Of a stretch of DNA of 64,000 nt, positions 1-9,140 are shown one piece after another. Position 1 is the first letter of the stretch. Each line of letters begins with the position of its first letter. Under the pieces are notes generated by a model. It was not told where the DNA came from, did no database searches, and saw only the letters and a list, made by a program, of their open reading frames with translations. The stretch is from Tahibacter sp. (lineage in GTDB: Bacteria; Pseudomonadota; Gammaproteobacteria; Xanthomonadales; Rhodanobacteraceae): the NCBI RefSeq assembly GCF_035481375.1, contig NZ_DATIGT010000191.1:260-64259 (forward strand), read 5' to 3'. Made by a program: the position numbers and the translations under genes.

Positions 1-472
1 CGTCTTCCGGATCGGCCGCGGCCGAGATGATGCGCACGACGTGGATCTTGTGCGCCTTCAGATGCCGGATCAGTTCGAGCCGCTCGGACATCGGCGGTGC
101 GAGCACGAGGCCGGCCAGGCGCGCGTGGCGCGCGAGATGGACGAGTTCGTCGGCGAGGTTCGGCGAACTCGAATCGCAGGGATGGATCTGCAGCCCGTAG
201 CCCGATTCGCGGCAGACCGACAGCACGCCGCTCTGCACGGCGATGACGTAGTACGGGTTCGGGTTGTCGTAGACGAGGCCGAGCGCGTAGGAGCGCGCAC
301 TGCGCAGGCTGCGTGCCGACAGGTCGGGCTGGTAGCCGAGCTCGGCGATGACGCGCAGCACCTTGTTGCGCGTGCCTTCGCGCACGGTGGCTTCGTTGTT
401 GATGACGCGGGATACGGTTTTGAGCGAAACCTGGGAACGTTCGGCGACGTCTTTGATCGTCGGACTGCGCAT
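1..472 (-). CDS. nagR: LacI-family transcriptional regulator, NagR-like (3' end lies outside the window)
   Basis: Reverse translation from the ATG (complement of 470-472) gives MRSPTIKDVAERSQVSLKTVSRVINNEATVREGTRNKVLRVIAELGYQPDLSARSLR..., the canonical LacI/PurR N-terminal HTH. It is absent from the ORF track because it runs off the window edge. It lies directly downstream of the nagP-like gene. The symbol is assigned by context. Confidence 0.8.
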   Translation of the reverse strand, partial: MRSPTIKDVAERSQVSLKTVSRVINNEATVREGTRNKVLRVIAELGYQPDLSARSLRSARSYALGLVYDNPNPYYVIAVQSGVLSVCRESGYGLQIHPCDSSSPNLADELVHLARHARLAGLVLAPPMSERLELIRHLKAHKIHVVRIISAAADPED

Positions 473-665
473 CGGCGGGCCTTGCAGGGTACGGCGTGGG
501 TCTCATCCAGGCGGCCGTTTCAGGCGCGCACCGGCCCGATTGTGACGAGAAACGGCCTCGGATGCGAGACGGTTTCGGCGACGCGTTCGCCGCGCGCGTC
601 GAATGCGCGCCCGGCGCAACCGGCCCGCCCCGCGGCGGGCCGTGCATCGCCGATGCGGCCCTCGC

Positions 666-1976
666 TCAACCGCGCGCCGCCGCGAGCGCGGGCGCGCCGC
701 TGCGCCCGACCGAGTAACCCTTGAGCGAATAGAAAAGAATATACAAATAGCACGGCGCCGCGATCGCGAGGAACACGAGCTGGAAGTCGTAGACGTCCTT
801 GTAGACCGCGAAGAAGCGCGGAATCAGCGCGCCGCCGGCGATGCCCATGATGAGCAGCGCCGAGCCCTTCTCGGTGAAGCGGCCGAGGCCGGCGATCGCG
901 AGCGGAAAGATCGCCGGCCACATCAGCGCGTTCGCGAGGCCGAGTGCCGCGACGAAGCCGACCGAGACATAGCCCTTGGTCAGGTAGGCCGCGACGCTGA
1001 AGATCACGCCGAGCACGGCCGAGATCGCGAGGCTGCGCTGCTGCGACACGTATTTCGGAATCGTCGCGAGACCGATCAGATAGCCCAGCAGCATCGCGGC
1101 GAGCGTGAATGCCGTGAAATACGTGGTTTCCTCGCTCGGGATGCCGAAGCTCTTGCCGTAGGTGCCGATCGCGTCGGCGGCGAGCACTTCCACGCCGACG
1201 TAGACGAAGATGCAGAGCACGCCGAGCAGCAGGTGCGGGAACTGCAGCACGCTGCGGCGCGATTCGCGGGCGCCGGCATCGGACGCATTCGCCTTGGCCG
1301 CTTCGAGCTCGGGCAGCGGCGAGCGCACGATCCAGACCGCGAGCAGCGCGAGCACGGCGGCCATGACCATGTACGGCCAGTAGATCTTCGCCGCGAACTC
1401 GTTGAGCAGCGCGGCCTTGATCTCGGGCGTCGCCGCGGCGGCGACCTGCGCCTCAAAGTGGCCGACGTCCTTCATGACGAGCATGCCCATGACGATCGGG
1501 CTGAGGATGCCGGCGACCTTGTTGCAGATGCCCATGATGCTGATGCGCGCCGCGGCGCTCTCGATCGGGCCGAGAATGCTGATGTACGGATTCGACGCGG
1601 TCTGCAGTATCGACAGGCCCGAGCCGATCACGAACAGGCCCGCGAGGCAGGCGGGATAATTGCGCATTGTGGCAAATTGACCAAATATCACCGTGCCGAC
1701 GGCCATCACGCCGAGGCCCAGCGCCATGCCCTTCTTCATGCCGGTGCGCTCGAGAATCATCGAGGACGGCAGGGCCAGGAAGAAGTAGGCCATGTAGAAC
1801 GCGAACGTGACGAGGAAGGCCTTCGCGTCGGTGTCGAGGTCGAACGCGAGCTTCACGAAGCCGATCAGCGGACCGTTGATCCAGGTGACGAAGCCGAAAA
1901 TGAAGAACAGCGTGCCGATGATCGCGATGGAGCTGCGGTACTGCGCCGCGCTCCCCGTATAGGTCGTGCTGGACAT
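666..1976 (-). CDS. nagP: MFS sugar transporter, FucP/GluP (glucose/galactose) family, NagP-like
   Basis: ORF 666..2156. I start at the internal Met61 (MSSTTYTGSAAQYR..., complement 1974-1976) because the upstream 60 residues are Arg/Cys-rich junk. It is a polytopic MFS with the GluP-like N-terminus GTLFFIFGFVTWINGPLIGFVK. It is divergent from the kinase gene, with NagR-type palindromes between them. Confidence 0.85.
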   Translation of the reverse strand: MSSTTYTGSAAQYRSSIAIIGTLFFIFGFVTWINGPLIGFVKLAFDLDTDAKAFLVTFAFYMAYFFLALPSSMILERTGMKKGMALGLGVMAVGTVIFGQFATMRNYPACLAGLFVIGSGLSILQTASNPYISILGPIESAAARISIMGICNKVAGILSPIVMGMLVMKDVGHFEAQVAAAATPEIKAALLNEFAAKIYWPYMVMAAVLALLAVWIVRSPLPELEAAKANASDAGARESRRSVLQFPHLLLGVLCIFVYVGVEVLAADAIGTYGKSFGIPSEETTYFTAFTLAAMLLGYLIGLATIPKYVSQQRSLAISAVLGVIFSVAAYLTKGYVSVGFVAALGLANALMWPAIFPLAIAGLGRFTEKGSALLIMGIAGGALIPRFFAVYKDVYDFQLVFLAIAAPCYLYILFYSLKGYSVGRSGAPALAAARG

Positions 1977-2068
1977 GCCTGAATTCCCCGTCTGCCTGGA
2001 TGGCGAGGACGCGACCCCGGTCGCGCCGGTTGCGATGCCGCGCCTGCAGTTGGCGCAGGACGCGGGAC

Positions 2069-2082
2069 TAGTAACGTTGTCA
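2069..2082. promoter_or_regulatory. Imperfect NagR/LacI-type operator palindrome TAGTAACGTTGTCA
   Basis: Read directly. The right half-site is identical to the perfect palindrome at 2301-2314. It lies about 95 bp upstream of the nagP start. Confidence 0.45.
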
Positions 2083-2300
2083 TATCTTGCCCCGTGTCGG
2101 CGGCAATTGCACCTCCTCCGGATGTTGCGGTGCAGCGCCCGGCGCGGTACAGGCATTGTTTGCGCCGCTGCTCGGAAGGTTGAGCGAAAAAATCGAAATA
2201 TCAGCTAGATATTCGAGTATCCGCAGACCACTTCGCGACCGCGCTCATGGGCCGGGCCGCGCGTGGATGCAGTCCGGACAAGTCCCGGCGCCAGGCCTAT

Positions 2301-2314
2301 TGACAACGTTGTCA
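2301..2314. promoter_or_regulatory. Perfect 14-bp palindrome TGACAACGTTGTCA, candidate NagR operator
   Basis: Read directly in the divergent nagP/glk intergenic region, about 100 bp upstream of the glk start. It has a LacI-family style CG-centred palindrome. From memory it resembles the TGACA..CG..TGTCA NagR motif of Xanthomonadales. Confidence 0.6.
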
Positions 2315-2412
2315 GACAGGTTTCAGACTCGGCCCCCGTTACGCCGGTGTGACGGTTTTTTCGAAAGCACCGTGCCGGCGAAAACCACCGGGGCATCTGT
2401 CGGGAGCGCAGC

Positions 2413-3441
2413 GTGGCAGCAGCGAGTCAGCGAATCGCCGAAGTCGGAAGCACGCAGGCCGCGCCGTTCGTCGCGGCCGACGTCGGCGGTACGCATGCGC
2501 GCGTCGGCCTCGTGCGGCAGATCGCGGCGGGCTCGGCCGCCGTCACGGTCGAGCGCTATGACAAATATGTCTGCGCCGACTTTCCGAACCTCGGCGTGCT
2601 GCTGCGCCAGTTCCTCGAATCGATCGGCGACGTACCCGTGCGCCGCGTCGCGATCGCCTGCGCCGGCGTCGCGGTCGGCGATGCGCTGGTCAACGCGAAT
2701 CTGCCCTGGGCCGTGTCGCTGGCCGAGATCCGCCATGAGATCGGCGTCGACGACGTCGCGCTCGTCAATGATTTCGAAGCGGTCGCCTGCGCGACGCACT
2801 ACCTGCGCGCGAGCGAATCGGTGCTGCTGCCCGGCGACGCCGACGCGGCGGCCGGCGGGCCGACCCTGATCGTCGGACCCGGCACCGGCCTCGGTGCCGC
2901 CGTGCGCATTCCGGGCCGGCATCATCCGATCGTGCTTGCGACCGAGGCCGGGCAGGCCGCGCTCGCGCCGGGCAACGAACTCGAAGTCGAGATCCTGCGC
3001 CTGCTGATGCGCCAGTCCGGCCACGTCAGCAACGAAAGCGCGCTGTCGGGTCCCGGGCTCGTGCAGCTCTACACCGCGCTGTGCACGATACGTCGCGTGC
3101 AGCCGACGCTGCGCGTGCCCGCGGCGATCACCGAGGCGGCGCTGAGCGCGCACGACGCGCTCGCGACCGAGGCGCTGAACCTGTTCTGCGCGTGGCTCGG
3201 CAGCGTCGTCGGCGATCTCGCGCTGAGCTGCGGCGCGCGCGGCGGCGTGCATCTTGCCGGCGGCATCCTGCCGCACATCCGCCAGTTCCTGCTGCATTCG
3301 AATTTCAGTGCGCGCTTTCTCGCCAAGGGCGTCATGCGCCCGGTGCTCGAGCGCATTCCGGTCAGCCTCATCGACCACGGCCAGCTCGGCGTGATCGGCG
3401 CGGCCTGCTGGCTGCTCGATGCGCGCGAAGAAAGCGGTTGA
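2413..3441 (+). CDS. glk: Glucokinase-family sugar kinase (possibly the GlcNAc kinase of this locus)
   Basis: GTG start. Motifs FVAADVGGTHARVGLV (ATP-binding), LVNDFEAVA and GPGTGLG are typical of the Glk family (not ROK). Xanthomonas-type nag loci use glucokinase-family NagK enzymes. Confidence 0.85.
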   Translation: MAAASQRIAEVGSTQAAPFVAADVGGTHARVGLVRQIAAGSAAVTVERYDKYVCADFPNLGVLLRQFLESIGDVPVRRVAIACAGVAVGDALVNANLPWAVSLAEIRHEIGVDDVALVNDFEAVACATHYLRASESVLLPGDADAAAGGPTLIVGPGTGLGAAVRIPGRHHPIVLATEAGQAALAPGNELEVEILRLLMRQSGHVSNESALSGPGLVQLYTALCTIRRVQPTLRVPAAITEAALSAHDALATEALNLFCAWLGSVVGDLALSCGARGGVHLAGGILPHIRQFLLHSNFSARFLAKGVMRPVLERIPVSLIDHGQLGVIGAACWLLDAREESG

Positions 3442-3605
3442 AGATGAAAAGCAAGTTCGGCGCTCCGCGCGGGGCGTCACCTTATGGACGTTGGCGAGAC
3501 AGGACGCGTAGGCACAAACGTACTCACCGAGGCCCGTAAGGCGAGGTTGCGCGCGCAGCCGGCACCAGGCGGCAAACAACACACGGTAGGGAAGGGGAAC
3601 ACCTC

Positions 3606-6251
3606 ATGATCATTCGCAGAAATCTGCTCGCCCTGAGCATCGTCACCGCACTGAGCTTCTACGGCGTCGCGCACGCGGAAACCGCGGCCGATCCGAAGGA
3701 CACGCAGGAACTCGAGGAAGTCGTCGTCAAGGGCATCCGCCAGAGTCTCAAGGCGTCGCTCGACACCAAGCGCGAATCCGAAGCCGTCGTCGAGTCGATC
3801 ACGGCCGAAGACATCGGCAAGTTCCCCAACACCAACGTCGCCGAAGCGATGGCGCAGATTCCCGGCGTCACGATCGACCGCCGCTTCGGCCAGGGCGAGC
3901 GCGTCAGCATCGACGGCACCGATCCGTCGCTGAACCTGTCCTTCATCGACGGTCATCCGGTCGCCCAGTCGATCTGGCTCTACGGCGAGCAGCCCAACCG
4001 CGGCTTCGACTTCACGCTGATCGCGCCGGAAATCCTCGGCCGCCTCGAAGTGTACAAGTCGCCCGAAGCGCGCCTGCCCGAAGGCTCGATCGGCGGCACC
4101 ATCCTCATGCACACGCGCAAGCCGCTCGATCTCGAAACGAACACGCTCAGCGGTTCGGTCGGCTACAGCTACAGCGACCAGGCGTCCAAGGGCAAGCCGA
4201 ACGCGTCGATCCTCTACAGCGTCAAGAACGACGCCGAGACCTTCGGTCTCGCGGTCGCCGCGCAGCACTACGAGGAACAGGTCGACCGCCAGGGCATCGA
4301 GATCTTCGGCTACGTGCCGGCCTCGACGTTCGCGAACGCGACCGGCGTTTCCGCCGACACGATGGTGCCCAACTCGGTCAATGCCGCGTGGTTCCAGCAG
4401 ACGCGCAAGCGCAACAGCGCCGTCGTCAACCTCGAAATGAAGCCGAACGACAACTTCGAGGCGACGCTCAGTGGCATGTATATCCGTGAAAACTTCAACA
4501 ACTACAACCAGTCGATGTACAGCTTCACGACGTGGCTGCCGTCGACGGTCGCCGCGGTGGACCGTCTCGGCGACGTGCGCGGCGGCGTCGCGCAGTCGGG
4601 TCATTCCTCGGCCAACGGCGGCGCGGTGATCTACGACAACCAGGCGCGCGAATCGGAGGTCACGACCAAGGGTCTCGACCTCAACATGAAGTACCGCGGC
4701 GAGGGCTGGGACCTCGGCGGCCAGATCGGCCGCTCGAAGTCGGAGAACCCGAACATCACGCAGTGGTTCATCGAACCGGTCTATTTCGGCGGTTTCAGCT
4801 GGGATACGCGCCGCGGCATCACCTTCGACGACTCGGCCGCCGCGCGCAATCCGGCGAACTGGAAAGATGCCGGCTGGATGGGCAATCGCGGCATCTTCTC
4901 CTCGGAAGGCGAAGACACCTACGGCCAGATCGACTTCAGCAAGAACTTCGACAGCGTCTTCCACACGCTGCAGGTCGGCTACCGCCACAACAAGCACGAG
5001 GAAGCCTACGGGCTCGCCGTCTACGGCGGCGTGCGCCTGGGCTCGCTCGCCGACGTCGGCACGCGCGGCTATACCGACACGATGGGCGCGTTCAACGGCT
5101 TCTCCTACGACCACGGCCATCACGTCTACGTCGGCCGCGACAACGTGATCAACTGGGTGCGCGGCTCGCCGATCAACTACGGCGCGCCCGATCCGGGTTC
5201 GACGATCAACAACACCTGGGCGCTCGAACAGAACACCGACGCGTTCTACGCGCAGCTCAACTTCCAGACCGAAGGCAAGTTCCACGGCAACTTCGGCGTG
5301 CGCTACATCGACACCGAAACCAATGCCTCGGGCTACAACCCCGGCGGCAATGCCCCGGTGCTGCCGGCGCCGGCCGCGTGGTGGCAGACCAAGACCAGCC
5401 AGTACGACAAGCCGCTGCCGTCGTTCAACCTGATCTACGACGCCACCGACGACGTCGTGCTGCGTTTCTCCGGCGCGAAGGTCATCGCCTGGGCGCCGTA
5501 CAACCAGATGGTGAACAACACCTTCCTCAACGACGCGACCCTGACCGGCGCCGGCGGCAACGCCGACCTCGCGCCGTACGAGTCGACGAACTTCAACATC
5601 TCGGCCGAGTGGTACTTCGCCGAATCCTCGGTGCTCGCCGCGTCGATCTTCTACAAGGACGTCTCGAACTACATCGACCGCGTCGCGCGCATCGAACGCC
5701 AGTACAACTCGATCCGCGACAACAACCCGGACCAGTGGGGCACGCTCGTCGGCTTCAACGGCTGCACCGCCGACGGCTTCTGCGACTACAGCATCAGCCG
5801 TCCGTACAACGCCGGCAGCGCGAAGGTGAAGGGCTTCAACCTGAACTACCAGCAGCCGTTCGGCGAGACCGGCTTCGGCATCGCGGCGAACTACACGCAC
5901 GCGCTCGGCCGCACCGACGCGGGCAACCCGATGCCGTACCAGTCGAAGAACTCGCTGACGATCAGCCCGTACTACGAGAAGGGACCGTTCAGCGCCCGCC
6001 TGAACTACAACTTCCGCAGCAAGTACCTCGCGGGCGGCTACGTCGCCGGCGCGGCGCCGGCCTCGGTCGACGACTACACCGAAGTCGGCGCGAGCATCGG
6101 CTACAACTTCACCGAGAACCTCGGTGTCACGTTCGACGCGTCCAACCTGACCGACGAGAAGTACTTCCAGTACCTTGGCAGCGAGGACTACCTGGCCGGC
6201 ATGTACTCCACCGGCCGCCGCTACATGCTCACGCTGCGCGCCGGATTCTGA
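3606..6251 (+). CDS. TonB-dependent outer-membrane receptor
   Basis: Signal peptide MIIRRNLLALSIVTALSFYGVAHA. Plug region EEVVVKGIRQSL...ITAEDIGKFPNTNVAEAMAQIPGVT. Long beta-barrel ending in the terminal aromatic ...RYMLTLRAGF. Confidence 0.93.
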   Translation: MIIRRNLLALSIVTALSFYGVAHAETAADPKDTQELEEVVVKGIRQSLKASLDTKRESEAVVESITAEDIGKFPNTNVAEAMAQIPGVTIDRRFGQGERVSIDGTDPSLNLSFIDGHPVAQSIWLYGEQPNRGFDFTLIAPEILGRLEVYKSPEARLPEGSIGGTILMHTRKPLDLETNTLSGSVGYSYSDQASKGKPNASILYSVKNDAETFGLAVAAQHYEEQVDRQGIEIFGYVPASTFANATGVSADTMVPNSVNAAWFQQTRKRNSAVVNLEMKPNDNFEATLSGMYIRENFNNYNQSMYSFTTWLPSTVAAVDRLGDVRGGVAQSGHSSANGGAVIYDNQARESEVTTKGLDLNMKYRGEGWDLGGQIGRSKSENPNITQWFIEPVYFGGFSWDTRRGITFDDSAAARNPANWKDAGWMGNRGIFSSEGEDTYGQIDFSKNFDSVFHTLQVGYRHNKHEEAYGLAVYGGVRLGSLADVGTRGYTDTMGAFNGFSYDHGHHVYVGRDNVINWVRGSPINYGAPDPGSTINNTWALEQNTDAFYAQLNFQTEGKFHGNFGVRYIDTETNASGYNPGGNAPVLPAPAAWWQTKTSQYDKPLPSFNLIYDATDDVVLRFSGAKVIAWAPYNQMVNNTFLNDATLTGAGGNADLAPYESTNFNISAEWYFAESSVLAASIFYKDVSNYIDRVARIERQYNSIRDNNPDQWGTLVGFNGCTADGFCDYSISRPYNAGSAKVKGFNLNYQQPFGETGFGIAANYTHALGRTDAGNPMPYQSKNSLTISPYYEKGPFSARLNYNFRSKYLAGGYVAGAAPASVDDYTEVGASIGYNFTENLGVTFDASNLTDEKYFQYLGSEDYLAGMYSTGRRYMLTLRAGF

Positions 6252-6323
6252 CGAACGCCGCGGGGCGGCCGCCATGGCCGCCTCGCAGCCGCGCGAATCC
6301 GTTCATCTCCAACGTGGTGACTT

Positions 6324-6355
6324 GGGCCGGGTGTGGATCTCGGCCCTTTTTTTTT
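6324..6355 (+). terminator. Rho-independent terminator after the TonB-dependent receptor gene
   Basis: Stem GGGCCG (6324-6329) / CGGCCC (6341-6346) followed by nine T (6347-6355). A second GC hairpin GGCGGCC-GCCAT-GGCCGCC sits at 6264-6282. Confidence 0.75.
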
Positions 6356-6398
6356 GAAATCGGAAATCGGAAATCGGAATTCGGAGTTCGGGGAATCG
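6356..6398. repeat. Heptanucleotide tandem repeat (GAAATCG)3 followed by GAATTCG, GAGTTCG, GGGAATCG
   Basis: Read directly. Three perfect and three degenerate 7-bp units start at the base after the terminator T-tract, about 80 bp upstream of the hexosaminidase start. Confidence 0.8.
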
Positions 6399-6477
6399 GC
6401 ACGGGCGCGCAGCGTTTAGGATGGCGCTGACTGGCCGTGCTGTCTGCGTGACGTCTATTACGTGAGCCGAGGTGGAC

Positions 6478-8850
6478 ATGACTCTTGAGAGATTTGCGCG
6501 TTTCGCCGGGCTGGCTGCGTTCACGGCGCTGATGGCCGCCTGCGCGCATGCGCCGACCGGCGACAAGGCCGGCGCCGTGGCCAAGGCGCCGGCGGTGCCG
6601 CTCGATGCGATCGTGCCGATGCCGGCGCAGATCGAGCCGGCGCGCAGCGCACCAGTGCGCATCGACGCGACGACTGCCGTGGACGCGTGCGGCGACGAGG
6701 CCCAGGCGGCTGCGCGCTATTTCGTCGATCTCGTGCAGCGCACGCGTGGCTTTGCGCTGGCGGTCGACTGCGCCGCGAAGAAGCCGGCGCGCGGCATCCG
6801 GTTCGTATTCCACGAGGGTCGCGATGCGCTCGCCGGCTGGTATCGGCTCAAGGCCGAAGCAGGTGTCATCGAAATCAGCTCCGGCGGCGACAACGGTCTG
6901 TTCTACGGCGCCGTGTCGCTGTGGCAATTGCTCACCGCGCAGCCCGGCGATGCGAACGCGCCGGTTGCGATCGGCGCGGGCGCGATCACCGATTTCCCGC
7001 GCTATCCCTGGCGCGGCCTCATGCTCGATTCGGCGCGCCACTACCAGCCGCCGGACTTCATCAAGAAGCTCATCGATGCGATGGCGCTGCACAAGCTCAA
7101 TACCTTGCACTGGCACCTGACCGACGACCAGGGCTGGCGCATCGAGATCAAGAAATATCCGCGTCTCACCGACGTCGGCGCGTGGCGCGTGCCGCCCGGT
7201 CCGGCTGCGGCGAAGGACATCGATCCGGCCACCGGCAAGCCGCGCCGCTACGGCGGCTACTACACGCAGGACGAGATCCGCGACATCGTCGCGTATGCGG
7301 CGCAGCGGCACATCACGATCGTTCCCGAGATCGACATGCCCGGTCACGCGCAGGCCGCGATCGCGGCGTATCCGGAACTCGGCACCGGCGAAAAACCCGC
7401 CGTCTCGACCGACTGGGGCGTCCACACCTATCTGCTCAATGTGGACGAATCGACCTTTGAATTCATCGACGGCGTGCTCGACGAGGTCGTCGAGCTGTTT
7501 CCGTCGCGCTACATCCATATCGGCGGCGACGAGGCGGCGAAGGACCGCTGGAAGGCGTCCAGGCGCGTGCAGGCGCGGCGCAGGCAGCTCGGCCTCGCCG
7601 ACGACGCCGCGCTGCAGAGCTGGTTCGTCGGCCGGCTGGAGAAGATGCTGGAAGAGCACGATCGCAAGCTGATCGGCTGGGACGAGATCCTCGAAGGCGG
7701 CACGCTGCCGGCGAGCGCAAGCGTGATGTCCTGGCGCGGCACCGCCGGCGCGATCGAGGCGGCGCGCGAAGGGCATGACGTCGTGCTGTCGCCGTCGCCG
7801 GACCTGTATCTCGACAACCTGCAGAGCGACCGTGCCGACGAGCCGTCGGGCCGGCCCTATCTCGTCACGCTCGAAAAGCTCTACGGCTTCGAACCAACGC
7901 CGGCCGAGCTCGACGCGGAGCAGGCAAAGCACGTGCGCGGCGCGCAGGTGAACGTCTGGGTCGAGCACATGCGCACGACTGCGCGCGTCGAGCACGCCGT
8001 ATTTCCGCGCCTGGCCGCAATCGCCGAGGTCACCTGGTCGCCGCGCGAGCGTCGCGACTGGCAGGGCTTTCTTGCGCGGCTGCCGGCGCAGTTCGCGCGC
8101 TATCGCGCGCTCGACATCGGCTATGCCGAATCGGCGTTCCTGCCGCGCGCGACGCTCGCTGCCGATGCGGCGCAACCCGATGCCGTCAGCGTGACGCTCG
8201 CGAACCAGACCGGCTTCGGCACGCTGCGCTACACGCGCGACGGCAGCGAGCCGACCGCGGCGTCGCCGGCCTACGAGGCGGCGATCAGCGTGCCGGCCGG
8301 TACGCCGCTGCGCGCCGCGACGTTCGCGGGCGACGCGCCGCTGACGCGCAGCGTCGCGATCGCGACCGACGCCGCGGCGCTGCGCCGCCGCACGAGCGGC
8401 GAGCTGAAGCCCTGCCGCGAAAACGGCCTCGTGATCCGCCTCGAAGACGACGCGCCGCTCGCCGGCGAGCGGCCGTTCTACAGCGTCGACATCTTCGACG
8501 CGTGCTGGATCTGGCCGCAGGCCGATCTCGCCGCGAGCAGCGCGATCGAAGTCGACGTCGGCAGCCTGCCGTACAACTTCCAGTTGTGGCACGACACGAA
8601 AAATATCGTCCGTCGCAAACCGGCGACCGCGCACGGCGAACTCGAGATCCGCCGCGGCGGCTGCACCGGCAAGCCCTGGCTCAAGCTGCCGCTGAAGCCC
8701 GCCGCCGGCAACGTCGAACGCACGACGCTGCAGGCGAAGCTGCCCAGGCGCGGCACGAAGTCCGCCGCAACCGAAGACCTCTGCTTCGTCTTCACGCGCC
8801 CGGACACGAAGACGCTCTGGGCGGTTGACCAGGTGCGGCTCGTGCCCTGA
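6478..8850 (+). CDS. Beta-N-acetylhexosaminidase, glycoside hydrolase family 20
   Basis: FPRYPWRGLMLDSARHY, LNTLHWHLTDDQGWRIEIKKYP and the catalytic IHIGGDEA. N-terminal signal with a possible lipobox (LMAAC). The ORF track starts at GTG 6472; I prefer ATG 6478, which is 5 nt after GAGG. Confidence 0.92.
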   Translation: MTLERFARFAGLAAFTALMAACAHAPTGDKAGAVAKAPAVPLDAIVPMPAQIEPARSAPVRIDATTAVDACGDEAQAAARYFVDLVQRTRGFALAVDCAAKKPARGIRFVFHEGRDALAGWYRLKAEAGVIEISSGGDNGLFYGAVSLWQLLTAQPGDANAPVAIGAGAITDFPRYPWRGLMLDSARHYQPPDFIKKLIDAMALHKLNTLHWHLTDDQGWRIEIKKYPRLTDVGAWRVPPGPAAAKDIDPATGKPRRYGGYYTQDEIRDIVAYAAQRHITIVPEIDMPGHAQAAIAAYPELGTGEKPAVSTDWGVHTYLLNVDESTFEFIDGVLDEVVELFPSRYIHIGGDEAAKDRWKASRRVQARRRQLGLADDAALQSWFVGRLEKMLEEHDRKLIGWDEILEGGTLPASASVMSWRGTAGAIEAAREGHDVVLSPSPDLYLDNLQSDRADEPSGRPYLVTLEKLYGFEPTPAELDAEQAKHVRGAQVNVWVEHMRTTARVEHAVFPRLAAIAEVTWSPRERRDWQGFLARLPAQFARYRALDIGYAESAFLPRATLAADAAQPDAVSVTLANQTGFGTLRYTRDGSEPTAASPAYEAAISVPAGTPLRAATFAGDAPLTRSVAIATDAAALRRRTSGELKPCRENGLVIRLEDDAPLAGERPFYSVDIFDACWIWPQADLAASSAIEVDVGSLPYNFQLWHDTKNIVRRKPATAHGELEIRRGGCTGKPWLKLPLKPAAGNVERTTLQAKLPRRGTKSAATEDLCFVFTRPDTKTLWAVDQVRLVP

Positions 8851-8892
8851 TGCCGGTTGCGGTAGGCCGGGTCTCCGGCGTCACCCCGTGAC

Positions 8893-8959
8893 GAGCGGGA
8901 GGAGTGAGAAACGAGTCGGCGCGCGACGGCTTGACTCGTTTTCTCGCTCCGCCCGGCTC
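8893..8959. repeat. Imperfect long hairpin repeat (arms GAGCGGGAGGAGTGAGAAACGAGTC / GACTCGTTTTCTCGCTCCGCCCGGCTC)
   Basis: Read directly. The arms are about 25 nt with a 15-nt GC-rich loop. The arm core GTGAGAAACGAGT recurs at 44544-44556 (GTGAGCAACGAGT). Confidence 0.6.
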
Positions 8960-9140
8960 AGTCCTCTCTTCGCTGCTCCGCTGCGGCCTTGAATTCACCG
9001 TCGCCGGCCCCAGTCCGGAAGAGCCCGCATCGATGCTGAATCCGCCTGGCGGATTTCCCCACCAGGATTGCGATTCCGCCACCGGTCTGTCAGGCTCGCG
9101 CGGCCTAGCATGGTCCCACCCCTCCCCAAGGACCTGTGCC

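Noticed and set aside
3477-6275. 932-aa ORF on the minus strand
   Set aside because: It is fully antisense to the well-supported TonB-dependent receptor gene. The translation is Arg/Ala/Val/Gly-rich low-complexity sequence typical of out-of-frame reading in high-GC DNA, with no recognisable motif.
6356-6398. Possible CRISPR array or other spaced repeat
   Set aside because: The units are contiguous 7-mers without spacers, and no cas genes are present. It is a microsatellite.
6229-8634. 801-aa ORF on the minus strand
   Set aside because: It is antisense to the GH20 hexosaminidase gene and has the same GC-artefact composition.
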